A DNA stretch of 64,000 bases from an uncultured candidate division Zixibacteria bacterium (lineage in GTDB: Bacteria > Zixibacteria > MSB-5A5 > GN15 > PGXB01), in contig OY969724.1 of NCBI GenBank assembly GCA_963702205.1, positions 1,952,001-2,016,000 on the forward strand. The letters run 5' to 3'. Below the pieces are notes generated by a model. The model worked only from the letters and a program-made list of their open reading frames with translations, did not search any database and was not told the DNA's origin. Position 1 is the stretch's first letter; every line of letters begins with the position of its first letter. Positions 40,027 to 48,286 of the stretch are shown here, in pieces. The position numbers and the translations under genes are program-made.

Positions 40027-40892
40027 TGGCTATCCTGGTCGACAAAAATTCCAAAATCATGGTACAGGGCATAACCGGAGGGGCCGGGCAATTCCACGCC
40101 AAACGTATGATCGAGTACGGCACCAATATCGTAGGTGGCACCTCGCCGGGTAAAGGCGGACAGGAAGTCGAGGGCCGTCCGGTGTTCGATACGGTGGCCG
40201 AATGTGCAGAGCAGACCAAGGCCGATACCTCGGTTATATTTCTCCCGGCGCGATTTGTCAAAGAAGCAGCGATAGAAGCGATCCGCGCGGGGCTCAAGTT
40301 CGTGGTGGTGATACCGGAGCACATCCCGATTCACGATATGCTTCTTGTACGAAAAGAAGCAATGGCGCGCGGTTGTACGGTGCTGGGCGGCAACACGGCC
40401 GGGATCATCACGCCCGGTGAGGCCAATCTCGGGATCATGCCGGACATCGCGTTCACGCCGGGGCGAGTCGGGACGGTCAGCCGCTCGGGCTCGATAACGT
40501 ACTATATCGCCGACACCCTGACGCGATCGGGGTACGGTGAGACGACCTGTGTCGGGCTGGGGGGCGATCCGATTCTGGGCTCGACGTTCGATGAAATCCT
40601 GGCGCTGTTCGAGGCCGACCCCAAGACCAAAGCGGTCGTGATGACCGGTGAGATCGGCGGGGTGTACGAAGAGCGGGCGTGCGAGCAGATCAGCAGTATG
40701 AAGACACCGGTGATCGCTATGATCGGCGGAATCTTTGCACCTCCCGGTAAACGTATGGGCCACGCCGGGGCGATTGTTGAGGGCAGGATGGGGACGGCCA
40801 AAGAAAAGCTCGATGCTCTGGCGGCGGCAGGGGCACATCCAGCGAAGACGTTCAAAGATATTCCGGAGATATTGAAGAAGCTGGGTGTCTGA
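40026..40892 (+). CDS. sucD: Succinyl-CoA synthetase alpha-subunit family
   Basis: VQGITG, PGKGG, VSRSGS, GLGGD, GEIGG, RMGHAGA phospho-His. Confidence 0.88.
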   Translation: MAILVDKNSKIMVQGITGGAGQFHAKRMIEYGTNIVGGTSPGKGGQEVEGRPVFDTVAECAEQTKADTSVIFLPARFVKEAAIEAIRAGLKFVVVIPEHIPIHDMLLVRKEAMARGCTVLGGNTAGIITPGEANLGIMPDIAFTPGRVGTVSRSGSITYYIADTLTRSGYGETTCVGLGGDPILGSTFDEILALFEADPKTKAVVMTGEIGGVYEERACEQISSMKTPVIAMIGGIFAPPGKRMGHAGAIVEGRMGTAKEKLDALAAAGAHPAKTFKDIPEILKKLGV

Positions 40893-40923
40893 GTACATAA
40901 CAGCAGATTAATTGTATGTTTTA

Positions 40924-40957
40924 GTGCCCCACTGCTTCAGCGGTGGGGTTCTTTTTT
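40924..40957 (+). repeat. REP-like palindrome also acting as sucD terminator
   Basis: GTGCCCCACTGCTTCAGCGGTGGGG followed by a T-rich tract; inverted copy at 41970-41993. Confidence 0.7.
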
Positions 40958-41215
40958 ACTAGTATTGATCGTGGATAGCGCCGCTCTATTAAGCCGTGTA
41001 AGTTGGGTTATTACAATCGGTTACGGTTAAATGGGTTCGAATTTCAATTTTTTTATTTTTTTTCTGTCTCTTGTTGCTTGCATAATAATAGCCTCTATTA
41101 AAGGAGTATCAGCGGAATCAACATTGGGTTGGTGGGGAAAGTGGTTGACTGATCATAAAATGTTAAATTATATTTATGGAGTCATATTTATAATCCGCGA
41201 GTTAGGAGGTTTGTA

Positions 41216-41944
41216 ATGTATTGGTATGAGGAAATACTGCATTGGCTATTTATATTTATCTGGCCCATAATTGTGATTTTGGCAATATTTATACTTAAAG
41301 ATCCAATAAATAATCTGCTAAAGACATTTGCGGGAATTATCCCTAAATCTGACATCGAAATAGGCAAGTATTTAAAACTAAGTCCACGCAAAGGCATAAA
41401 TGATGCAAAAGAACTGAAAATTGAATATGATGCAATTGAGGGAGCGAAGGAAAAAAAGAGTGACCAACGGGCCGCAGAACTAAAATGGTTTGGTGAATTA
41501 TTAAATGAAGCGCAAACTTTCATGGATACTCAAAATAATGAGGAAGCGATAAAAACACTAAAATACGCTAACAGAATTGTTCCAAACCATATTCTTGTAT
41601 TACACAATCTCGGTGTTGTGTTAATTAGAAACGGTAAGATTAGAAAAGAATGTTATATCGAAGCTGAGAACGTATGCAAAAATGCGTTGTACTCTTCAGA
41701 TGAATTCCCCTTTGGAACATTATACAATCTTGCGCGTGCACAATCAATAGGCGGGAATTTCGTAGGTCTGCGTCAGACCTTGTTGCAGATGTCAAAAGTG
41801 GGTTTGCCGGCAAATTTGGCAAATGCTTTATTAAATGATCCGCCTGATCCGGATATTGCATCATCTGATGAAGTAATAGCCATGCCGGAGTTTGCTGCTC
41901 TTATTGAAAAATTAAAGTCTGATAGGGCAATCAAATCGACTTAG
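41216..41944 (+). CDS. AT-rich hypothetical protein, N-terminal TM helix plus TPR
   Basis: SD AGGAGG; WPIIVILAIFIL; LHNLGVVL and LYNLARA TPR-like motifs. Confidence 0.75.
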   Translation: MYWYEEILHWLFIFIWPIIVILAIFILKDPINNLLKTFAGIIPKSDIEIGKYLKLSPRKGINDAKELKIEYDAIEGAKEKKSDQRAAELKWFGELLNEAQTFMDTQNNEEAIKTLKYANRIVPNHILVLHNLGVVLIRNGKIRKECYIEAENVCKNALYSSDEFPFGTLYNLARAQSIGGNFVGLRQTLLQMSKVGLPANLANALLNDPPDPDIASSDEVIAMPEFAALIEKLKSDRAIKST

Positions 41945-41969
41945 TTTATACGATCATAAGAAAGAATAT

Positions 41970-41993
41970 CCCACCACTAAAGAGGTGGGGCAC
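41970..41993 (-). repeat. REP-like palindrome (inverted partner of 40924)
   Basis: Reverse complement GTGCCCCACCTCTTTAGTGGTGGG, 20/24 identical to 40924-40947. Confidence 0.7.
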
Positions 41994-42036
41994 CCGATTG
42001 TAAAATATTGACATTATTGGTGAAGCCGAAATAAAT

Positions 42037-42057
42037 CCACCTTAAAGGGTGGGCTAC
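42037..42057 (-). repeat. GTAG-type REP-like palindrome
   Basis: Reverse complement GTAGCCCACCCTTTAAGGTGG. Confidence 0.6.
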
Positions 42058-42479
42058 CAAGAATTCTCAGCGAGGCAATCTCTTATTGCGGCTTTTATAA
42101 CGTCCAGTTTGCACGGAATGCGGTTGAAATGATCCGCGCCTGAGGCTATGGCTCTTGAGGGGAATTCCTGATCATCGGGCCATCCGGCGAATGTTATGAT
42201 CGGTTTACAATATGTGTGCTTTAAATCAAAGACCAAGTGAAGTATCCGTTCAATCCTGTTAAAAGCCGGGAAATTATTGCCTTGAATAAATAGATTATTT
42301 AGAGTCAAAAAGAATAAATCAATATCGTTAATTCTTGCCAGATTCAACAATTCATCCGCGTGATACGCTGACAGGACGCGTACTTCCCGATTGCTTCCAA
42401 TGACTTCATTGGTCATTTCAGTCAACAGGTCTATGAAGATATTTTCCGATTCGCCGATTAGAATCGTTAATTTTTCCAT
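42054..42479 (-). CDS. Stand-alone atypical (pseudo-)receiver domain protein
   Basis: CheY-like pattern ILIGESE...IDLFFLT...PIITFAG...AIASGADHF; phosphoacceptor Asp and Lys replaced. Confidence 0.7.
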   Translation of the reverse strand: MEKLTILIGESENIFIDLLTEMTNEVIGSNREVRVLSAYHADELLNLARINDIDLFFLTLNNLFIQGNNFPAFNRIERILHLVFDLKHTYCKPIITFAGWPDDQEFPSRAIASGADHFNRIPCKLDVIKAAIRDCLAENSW

Positions 42480-42578
42480 ATTAATAATATCGGAAGATTA
42501 GAAGTTGATTTCAGGCAATTAATAATAATTGAGCAGAACCGGTTTCTGCTGCCAACCAGCAGACCCTTCAAAGTTCAG

Positions 42579-42608
42579 GGCAGGCGGGGCGTCTGCCAGT
42601 CACGAAAA
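42579..42608. repeat. Dispersed palindromic repeat family A, copy 1
   Basis: GGCAGGCGGGGCGTCTGCCAGTCACGAAAA; similar copies at 43868 and 44014. Confidence 0.75.
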
Positions 42609-42610
42609 GA

Positions 42611-42638
42611 TGGATCCCGGGTCAAGCCCGGGATGACA
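42611..42638. repeat. Palindromic REP/RPE-like element
   Basis: GGATCCCGGG-TCAAG-CCCGGGATGAC hairpin. Confidence 0.6.
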
Positions 42639-42758
42639 TTTAGTTAATGGTATGGCATTTTTGAGTATGGGTGGTATTTTTAAATGGTATGGCATTTTAT
42701 AAATGATATAACATTTGATAAAATGGCCGGTGTATGAAGTGATGCTCAATTGGGAAGA

Positions 42759-43775
42759 CTAATTTTTGGCGGCTTTGAAGCCGACCATGCGGTTGGTTTG
42801 TTCGTCCAGAAGCCGGAATTTCAATGATTTCAGACTGGCGAATAATTTGATCGGTTTGGTTTTCTGAAGAAAAGCGAGGTTGTTGTGGCATTTGGGCAGA
42901 TTATAATTGGGAATGCCCGGATGCAAATGGTGCACATGATGGTAGCCGATATTTCCGGTGAACCAGCGCAGGACGGCGGGCAGTTTGTAGAATGATGCGC
43001 CGTGGAGCGAGGCCTCGACAAAGCTCCAATCATCATCCTCGGCCCAATAGACATCCTCGAACTGATGCTGCACATAGAACAGCCAGACCCCGGCGACAAG
43101 GCCGAAGTAAACAATCAGGATTTGTATTATCAGGTAGCTTTTCCAGCCAATCAGGAAGCTCATGCCGATTGCTACCACAATAATAGCCGCGTCGGTCAAC
43201 AGGACGCTATGCTGTTCTTTTCTATCGACTTTCTTTTTGGGCACGCGGTTGGAGACCGAGAATATTAATATCGGACCGAGTAAGAACATGATGGCGGGAT
43301 GGCGGTACAGACGATATTTCAATCTTGTCTTAAACGAGGCAGCTTTGAATTCACCCAGCGTCATGGTCCAGACGTCGCCCTGCCCGCGTTGCTGCAGGTT
43401 GCCCGACGTTTTGTGGTGCCGATAGTGCGCCGCATGCCAGCCGTAAAAGGGCGTGAATGTAATAATCCCGGTAATGATACCCCAGATATGATCGGCGCGG
43501 GCCGAATTAAAAAATGAATAATGTCCGCAATCGTGAAAAATAATAAAAATCCTGACCAAAAATCCGCTGGCCAGCAATATTGGTGGCAGAGCCAGCCAGA
43601 ACGAATATTGTAAGGCGTAATATGATAGGACCCACAAGGCGACATAGGGTATCAGTGAATTGGTCAACTGCCAGATGCTGCGCCATTTGGTCGGGTGACT
43701 GTACACCGACATTCTTCGCTGCAGGTTTTTCAGGTCCATTGAACTGCCTGTCTTGGTGCGATCAGGATCGGCCAT
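42759..43775 (-). CDS. Membrane fatty acid desaturase (Bacillus Des-like)
   Basis: His boxes HDCGH, HYRHH, HHVHH; WLFYVQHQFE; IPNYNL. Confidence 0.92.
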   Translation of the reverse strand: MADPDRTKTGSSMDLKNLQRRMSVYSHPTKWRSIWQLTNSLIPYVALWVLSYYALQYSFWLALPPILLASGFLVRIFIIFHDCGHYSFFNSARADHIWGIITGIITFTPFYGWHAAHYRHHKTSGNLQQRGQGDVWTMTLGEFKAASFKTRLKYRLYRHPAIMFLLGPILIFSVSNRVPKKKVDRKEQHSVLLTDAAIIVVAIGMSFLIGWKSYLIIQILIVYFGLVAGVWLFYVQHQFEDVYWAEDDDWSFVEASLHGASFYKLPAVLRWFTGNIGYHHVHHLHPGIPNYNLPKCHNNLAFLQKTKPIKLFASLKSLKFRLLDEQTNRMVGFKAAKN

Positions 43776-43867
43776 TTTGCCTCAAGGTTTAAGTTTGTAG
43801 TGTCAATAATAATACGGCTGTTATTCCGAGATGAAAAGAATAATAGTGGCGGTATTATAAGAAAACC

Positions 43868-43897
43868 GGCAGGCGGGGGCGTCTGTCGGTCACAAAA
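43868..43897. repeat. Repeat family A, copy 2
   Basis: GGCAGGCGGGGGCGTCTGTCGGTCACAAAA. Confidence 0.75.
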
Positions 43898-43901
43898 TTT
43901 G

Positions 43902-43982
43902 GGTGGCCACTCCAAACTTGTTTGGAGTGGATATTATTATTTTCCATTTAAGACCCCTCCAAATAAATTTGAAGGGGCCACC
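43902..43982. repeat. REPIN-like inverted doublet of GTGG-type palindromes
   Basis: GGTGGCCACTCCAAACTTGTTTGGAGTGG and reverse complement of 43954-43982 GGTGGCCCCTTCAAATTTATTTGGAGGGG (24/29); 23-nt spacer. Confidence 0.75.
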
Positions 43983-44013
43983 AATCAGGACCTTCGGGCA
44001 GCGGGGCAGCCCT

Positions 44014-44042
44014 GGGAGATGGGGCGTCTGCCGATCACGAAA
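44014..44042. repeat. Repeat family A, copy 3
   Basis: GGGAGATGGGGCGTCTGCCGATCACGAAA. Confidence 0.7.
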
Positions 44043-44086
44043 TCATGACGTTTGTCTGGCGGGGGGGCCGATCCCGACCTTTTAAA

Positions 44087-44115
44087 TTGACAAAAAGGGT
44101 TTTTGGGTCTATTAT
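44087..44115 (+). promoter_or_regulatory. sigma70-type promoter
   Basis: TTGACA-17nt-TATTAT. Confidence 0.65.
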
Positions 44116-44144
44116 AAAGGTAGCTAAAGGACAGGGGGTAGTTT

Positions 44145-45977
44145 GTGAAAAAGGCTTTTGTTGTTTTCATCGTCGCGATATTCCTGACATGGTGTTTCAT
44201 TGGTTGCTCCGAAAAAGAGAAAACCGTAAATGCTCCGGAAGTCGGTTTCGCCATTGACGGCCACGTGCGTCAGTCGGTCACGCTTGAAAAAGTGCCCGGC
44301 GTGGTAGTATCGCTGGCGGGACAGGTGTGCACGACCAACACTTCCGGATATTATTATTTCAAGGATGTACAGTCAGGATCATATCATCTGACGGCGGATA
44401 AGTACGGCAGTACTTTATTCGAAACCGATATCGACCTGGTCGGGCTGCTTCAGTATGATTTTAAAATCAATTACGATATAAGTCTTTATGGTTGGGTGGC
44501 TCATCCGGTTGACGGGCCTATAGAAGGTGCGACGGTGCAGGCGGGGGATTCGACCGCGGTTACTTCAAGAACCGGCTATTACGAATTTGTAGGTCTCGTT
44601 CCGGGGACATATCCGTTGACGTGCGAAAAAGAGGGGTATCTTGATTCAGATACAAACGTTACGATTGATGCGGATTTTACGCTCGCGCGCATAAAATTAA
44701 CACGTTTCTTTGCGCAAGTGCATGGAATCGTATCACATCCCGTCGACGGTCCGATTGAAGGTGCCATGGTTCAACTGGATACTCTTTTAGATACGACGAC
44801 TGCAGGAGGATTTTATGGATTTAACAGTGTGGCAATTGGGAGTCACCGTTTGCAGTGTGAGGCCGAGGGATATACTCCGATTGATGAAATTGTTAATGTC
44901 GCTGATACTACGGCATCAACCGATATTGAAATGGCAAGATTGTTTTCGAAAGTGTTTGGAATAGTATCAAGTTCGGCGGATGGTCCAATTGCCAATGCCA
45001 TTGTACGAATAGACGCCCTGGCGGATACAACGTCGGCCGATGGGCATTATTCCATAGACGGGATATCTCGCGGCCGACGCACAATAACCTGCCAGGCCGC
45101 TGGCAACAGTAATGTTGAAATGGACGTCGATATAGAACGCGACTATTTTGAAATGAATATAGAAGTCGACAAGTTGTATTCAATATTCGGCGTGGTTTAC
45201 CATGAGGCAGATGGGCCGTTGGAGGGAGTTACAGTTTCGGTTGAAGATTTTGTCGCGACGACAGACGACCATGGCTATTATTCCTTAAATATTCCTCAAG
45301 GTACGCACGAAATTAGGTGTGTAAAGCCAGGCTATAATGAATATGTCAACACAATCGACGTTGAATATTCGCAGGCTTTGCCGAGTATCAGGATGCTGAA
45401 AACAGTTACTGATTTCGAGCAGGACATTACCGACGATTTTAGTACATTAATTGAAGAAAAGCGATTATGCCCGTCGGTTTGCTACGAACCTGATGCAGAT
45501 AATCAATATATCAATATTCAATTCTTGTATATGTACATCGGCGGAGAATGCGTGACGTCAGAGTGGCATTCGTCCATATACATGAAATTCGAATCAGAGT
45601 TTTTAAGTTATGACCCTGAAATAGGCTCCGTGGATTTGTATTTGTATGTCAATGCAATCGATAATGCGCAGTACTTCGGAGATATAATGGTATACTTGAT
45701 TACGTCTGCCTGGGACGAGGAAGATGTGAGCTGTGATAGCATGCCAACCACGCAAAGTAATCTTTGGCAATCTTTTCAAATCCCCGAATTGACAGTTGAT
45801 GAACCGATGGTAATAGATATCAAAGATTTGTTAAGCAGGAGCACTTCGGAAGTATATGGCGTCAGGATTTCATTCAGCTCTTTAATCGGAGGATGGGCTT
45901 ACGGCATCGAATTTTATTCATCCGAGTGTCCCGATGTATCCAAGCGGCCGAAGATAATCGGGACTTTTACCTATTGA
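44145..45977 (+). CDS. Lipoprotein with five carboxypeptidase-regulatory-like repeats and C-terminal DNRLRE/CBM96-like domain
   Basis: Lipobox FIGC; repeats G.V.H..DGPIEGA.V...T...G.Y; SAWDE...IDIKDL...FYSSE...RPKI. Confidence 0.8.
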   Translation: MKKAFVVFIVAIFLTWCFIGCSEKEKTVNAPEVGFAIDGHVRQSVTLEKVPGVVVSLAGQVCTTNTSGYYYFKDVQSGSYHLTADKYGSTLFETDIDLVGLLQYDFKINYDISLYGWVAHPVDGPIEGATVQAGDSTAVTSRTGYYEFVGLVPGTYPLTCEKEGYLDSDTNVTIDADFTLARIKLTRFFAQVHGIVSHPVDGPIEGAMVQLDTLLDTTTAGGFYGFNSVAIGSHRLQCEAEGYTPIDEIVNVADTTASTDIEMARLFSKVFGIVSSSADGPIANAIVRIDALADTTSADGHYSIDGISRGRRTITCQAAGNSNVEMDVDIERDYFEMNIEVDKLYSIFGVVYHEADGPLEGVTVSVEDFVATTDDHGYYSLNIPQGTHEIRCVKPGYNEYVNTIDVEYSQALPSIRMLKTVTDFEQDITDDFSTLIEEKRLCPSVCYEPDADNQYINIQFLYMYIGGECVTSEWHSSIYMKFESEFLSYDPEIGSVDLYLYVNAIDNAQYFGDIMVYLITSAWDEEDVSCDSMPTTQSNLWQSFQIPELTVDEPMVIDIKDLLSRSTSEVYGVRISFSSLIGGWAYGIEFYSSECPDVSKRPKIIGTFTY

Positions 45978-46135
45978 CGTGAACAGGGCAAACCCGGTAT
46001 ATTATTCCGAGGAATATTCCGACACCGATGACGAACCGATTGAAATAGAAAGCAAAATCGGGTCCACATCGCGCCTTTATTCTTCAAAGACGACGCCCGA
46101 CCATAAATAAATCACACATACCCGGGGAGGATATT

Positions 46136-46345
46136 GTGAAAAAAAGTGGTTGGTGCGAATTCAAGAAATGTGACATCGAGTACCAGCAAATAATTCTCTG
46201 GCCCGGCGACAAGGGCAATGATACTCGTGTCCCGATTAAAAGGCTGGACAATTGCAGCGGACTAAACGAACGATGCGCGCATTTCAGCTGCATGCTCGAT
46301 CCCAATGTCGGCCTGGGTGCCCAGAGTCCGTTTGTGAAAATGTAA
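46136..46345 (+). CDS. Small Cys-containing hypothetical protein (69 aa)
   Basis: SD GGGGAGG 5 nt before GTG; five Cys. Confidence 0.5.
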   Translation: MKKSGWCEFKKCDIEYQQIILWPGDKGNDTRVPIKRLDNCSGLNERCAHFSCMLDPNVGLGAQSPFVKM

Positions 46346-46535
46346 CCTCCATGGTAGAAATTTGCCGACGACTCATGTTAAAAATTTAATACTGCCGTAA
46401 GCTGAAGTTGCATAATAAATTGTCGTCAATGTAAGTCGGTGCCGGCGACTAAAATTATAATCGGGGAACCCGGCTTTAGCGAAAAATGTTATTAGATATA
46501 CCTGTAGACATTTTTTCAATAACATCATGTTAATG

Positions 46536-46564
46536 GGCCAAAGAAACCTTTGGCCTATTTTTTT
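46536..46564 (+). terminator. Terminator-like hairpin
   Basis: GGCCAAAG-AAAC-CTTTGGCC-TATTTTTTT. Confidence 0.6.
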
Positions 46565-46631
46565 CGACGGCCTTGACATTTACCGCAAAAAAATATAGTC
46601 TTTTCGAAATTGCAGTGGAGGATTTAACCGT

Positions 46632-48194
46632 ATGAATTTCAACGGCAAAGAATATCGGCCTTTTGAAAAGGCGTTTGACGATAAAGAATTTTCCGGCCGT
46701 ATGGTGGGAAGACCCATAACCACGAAAATCCCGAGAAGAAATAATAAAGTCGTAGCGCTGGATGAGGTTATGGATGTCATTTTCGACGGTGACACGATAT
46801 CGTATCCGCACTACTACCGCACCGGCGATAAAGGGCTGGAGATGGTGGTCGCGAAGCTCCGCGAGCACGGGAAGAAAGACATAAGGATATACGGCAACGC
46901 CTTTTTCGACCACGTCGATCCGTGGCTGTTTGAGGCCATCGACGACGGAACCATCACCGGGATATATGGAAATCCGTACCGCAAGCTGGGCGCGAAAATT
47001 CTTATGGGCGATCTTCTGCCGTGGGTGAGTGTCGGGTTCTCGCACGGTAACCGGGTGAGAAAGCTGCAAACCGGTGAACTGACGGTTAAAGTTGCGTTCG
47101 GGCCGGTGCCGATTGCCGACGTCTATGGCAACGCCAACGGCCTGGGCGGCAAGGAAGAACATTTCTGCGGGCCGGTGGGACTGTTCACGGTGGACAGCGA
47201 GTGTGCCGAATATGTTTGTCTTCTGGCCGGGACCGTCAGCGAGACGGTTGTCCTGCCGGCGCCGATTTCGATGGAGCGGGTCGATTTCGTGGTGAAAGTC
47301 GATGATCCGGGGTTGTCGTCGGGGATCGGCTCGGGGACGCTGGACATGAACAAAGCGCGCTCCAACCCGTTCAATGCGCAAGTGGCCGAGAATATAAGCA
47401 ATGTCATTAAAGCGTCGGGGGTTGTAAAAGATAATTTTGCGTTCCAGGTCGGTTCGGGGGCGGGGCTCCTGGTGCTTGAAAATATTCGCGCCATGCTCAA
47501 AGAGATGAAAATCCGGGCCGATTTTTCGATCGGCGGGGTGACGTCGCTGCACGTCGATATGCTCGAAGAAGGGACGCTGTATCAGCTTATGCACGGTCAG
47601 CTGTTCGAGCCGAGCGCGCGGATGAAAGAGTCGATGATCAACAACCCGCACCATCATGAAATCACGACACCATACTATGCTTCGGTCGCCAATAAAGAAT
47701 CGGCGGTCAATATGCTCGATCTGGCGGTGCTTTCGGCACTCGAAGTTGATCTTGGTTTTAACTTGAATACCGTCTGTGCCAACGGGCGGATAATTGGTGG
47801 AATCGGCGGAGGGCAGGACGTCGCGGCCGGAGCCGACCTAACCATCATCTTCATGCCGCTGGCGACCGGTAAGGGCGACAAGGGTTTTCCGAAGGTGGTT
47901 GAGAAAGTCTATACCCGCACGACGCCGGGCGAAGTGGTCGATGTAATCGTCACCGAGGAGTTCGCGGCGGTCAATCCCGATAGTACAAGTTCATACAAGG
48001 ATGCGATTTCGAATAACGCCAAAGATTTCGGTGTGAAGTTGTTGACGATAGAAGAACTGCACCGGCGGTCGATTGACAAGGCGCACGAGTTTGGCAGGAT
48101 CCCAGCGAATGCCGAGACGACGGATGAGGTAGTTCATGTCATCGAGTGGCGTGATGGGACGTTGTTGGATGTGATAAAGAAGCCGGTCACATAG
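46632..48194 (+). CDS. citF: Citrate lyase alpha subunit / CitF-family CoA(ACP)-transferase
   Basis: DGDTISYPHYYRTGD, SHGNR, GNANG, FQVGSG, SALEVDLGFNLN, GGIGGGQD, TPGEVVDVIVTE. Confidence 0.8.
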   Translation: MNFNGKEYRPFEKAFDDKEFSGRMVGRPITTKIPRRNNKVVALDEVMDVIFDGDTISYPHYYRTGDKGLEMVVAKLREHGKKDIRIYGNAFFDHVDPWLFEAIDDGTITGIYGNPYRKLGAKILMGDLLPWVSVGFSHGNRVRKLQTGELTVKVAFGPVPIADVYGNANGLGGKEEHFCGPVGLFTVDSECAEYVCLLAGTVSETVVLPAPISMERVDFVVKVDDPGLSSGIGSGTLDMNKARSNPFNAQVAENISNVIKASGVVKDNFAFQVGSGAGLLVLENIRAMLKEMKIRADFSIGGVTSLHVDMLEEGTLYQLMHGQLFEPSARMKESMINNPHHHEITTPYYASVANKESAVNMLDLAVLSALEVDLGFNLNTVCANGRIIGGIGGGQDVAAGADLTIIFMPLATGKGDKGFPKVVEKVYTRTTPGEVVDVIVTEEFAAVNPDSTSSYKDAISNNAKDFGVKLLTIEELHRRSIDKAHEFGRIPANAETTDEVVHVIEWRDGTLLDVIKKPVT

Positions 48195-48207
48195 TGCGTA
48201 GGGAAGA

Positions 48208-48235
48208 GGGGCAGATGTGGACATCTGCCGCCCGC
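48208..48235. repeat. Palindrome after citF (REP-like or terminator)
   Basis: GGCAGATG-TGGA-CATCTGCC; similar stem to family A. Confidence 0.5.
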
Positions 48236-48248
48236 GTTATAATGAAAA

Positions 48249-48283
48249 GTAGGTCGGGTTCCGAGTCTTCGAGAAATCCGACA
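48249..48283 (+). repeat. GTAG-type REP-like element
   Basis: GTAG-GTCGGGTT...AATCCGAC-A. Confidence 0.65.
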
Positions 48284-48286
48284 GGA

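Noticed and set aside
41031..41216. 61-aa hydrophobic ORF and a GGTTCGAAT T-loop-like motif
   Set aside because: No SD, hydrophobicity comes from a T-run; no tRNA cloverleaf can be built
45984..46060. GGGCAAACC start resembling a c-di-GMP-I riboswitch
   Set aside because: No GAAA-capped P2 or GCAAAG/P3 continuation
46530..47657. 375-aa minus-strand ORF (and similar at 39990-40898, 36358-37188, 56955-57794)
   Set aside because: Shadows of well-supported + strand genes, expected from codon bias
48194..48286. N-terminal extension of the cyclase-like ORF in the track
   Set aside because: It reads through two palindromic repeats; the true start is probably later
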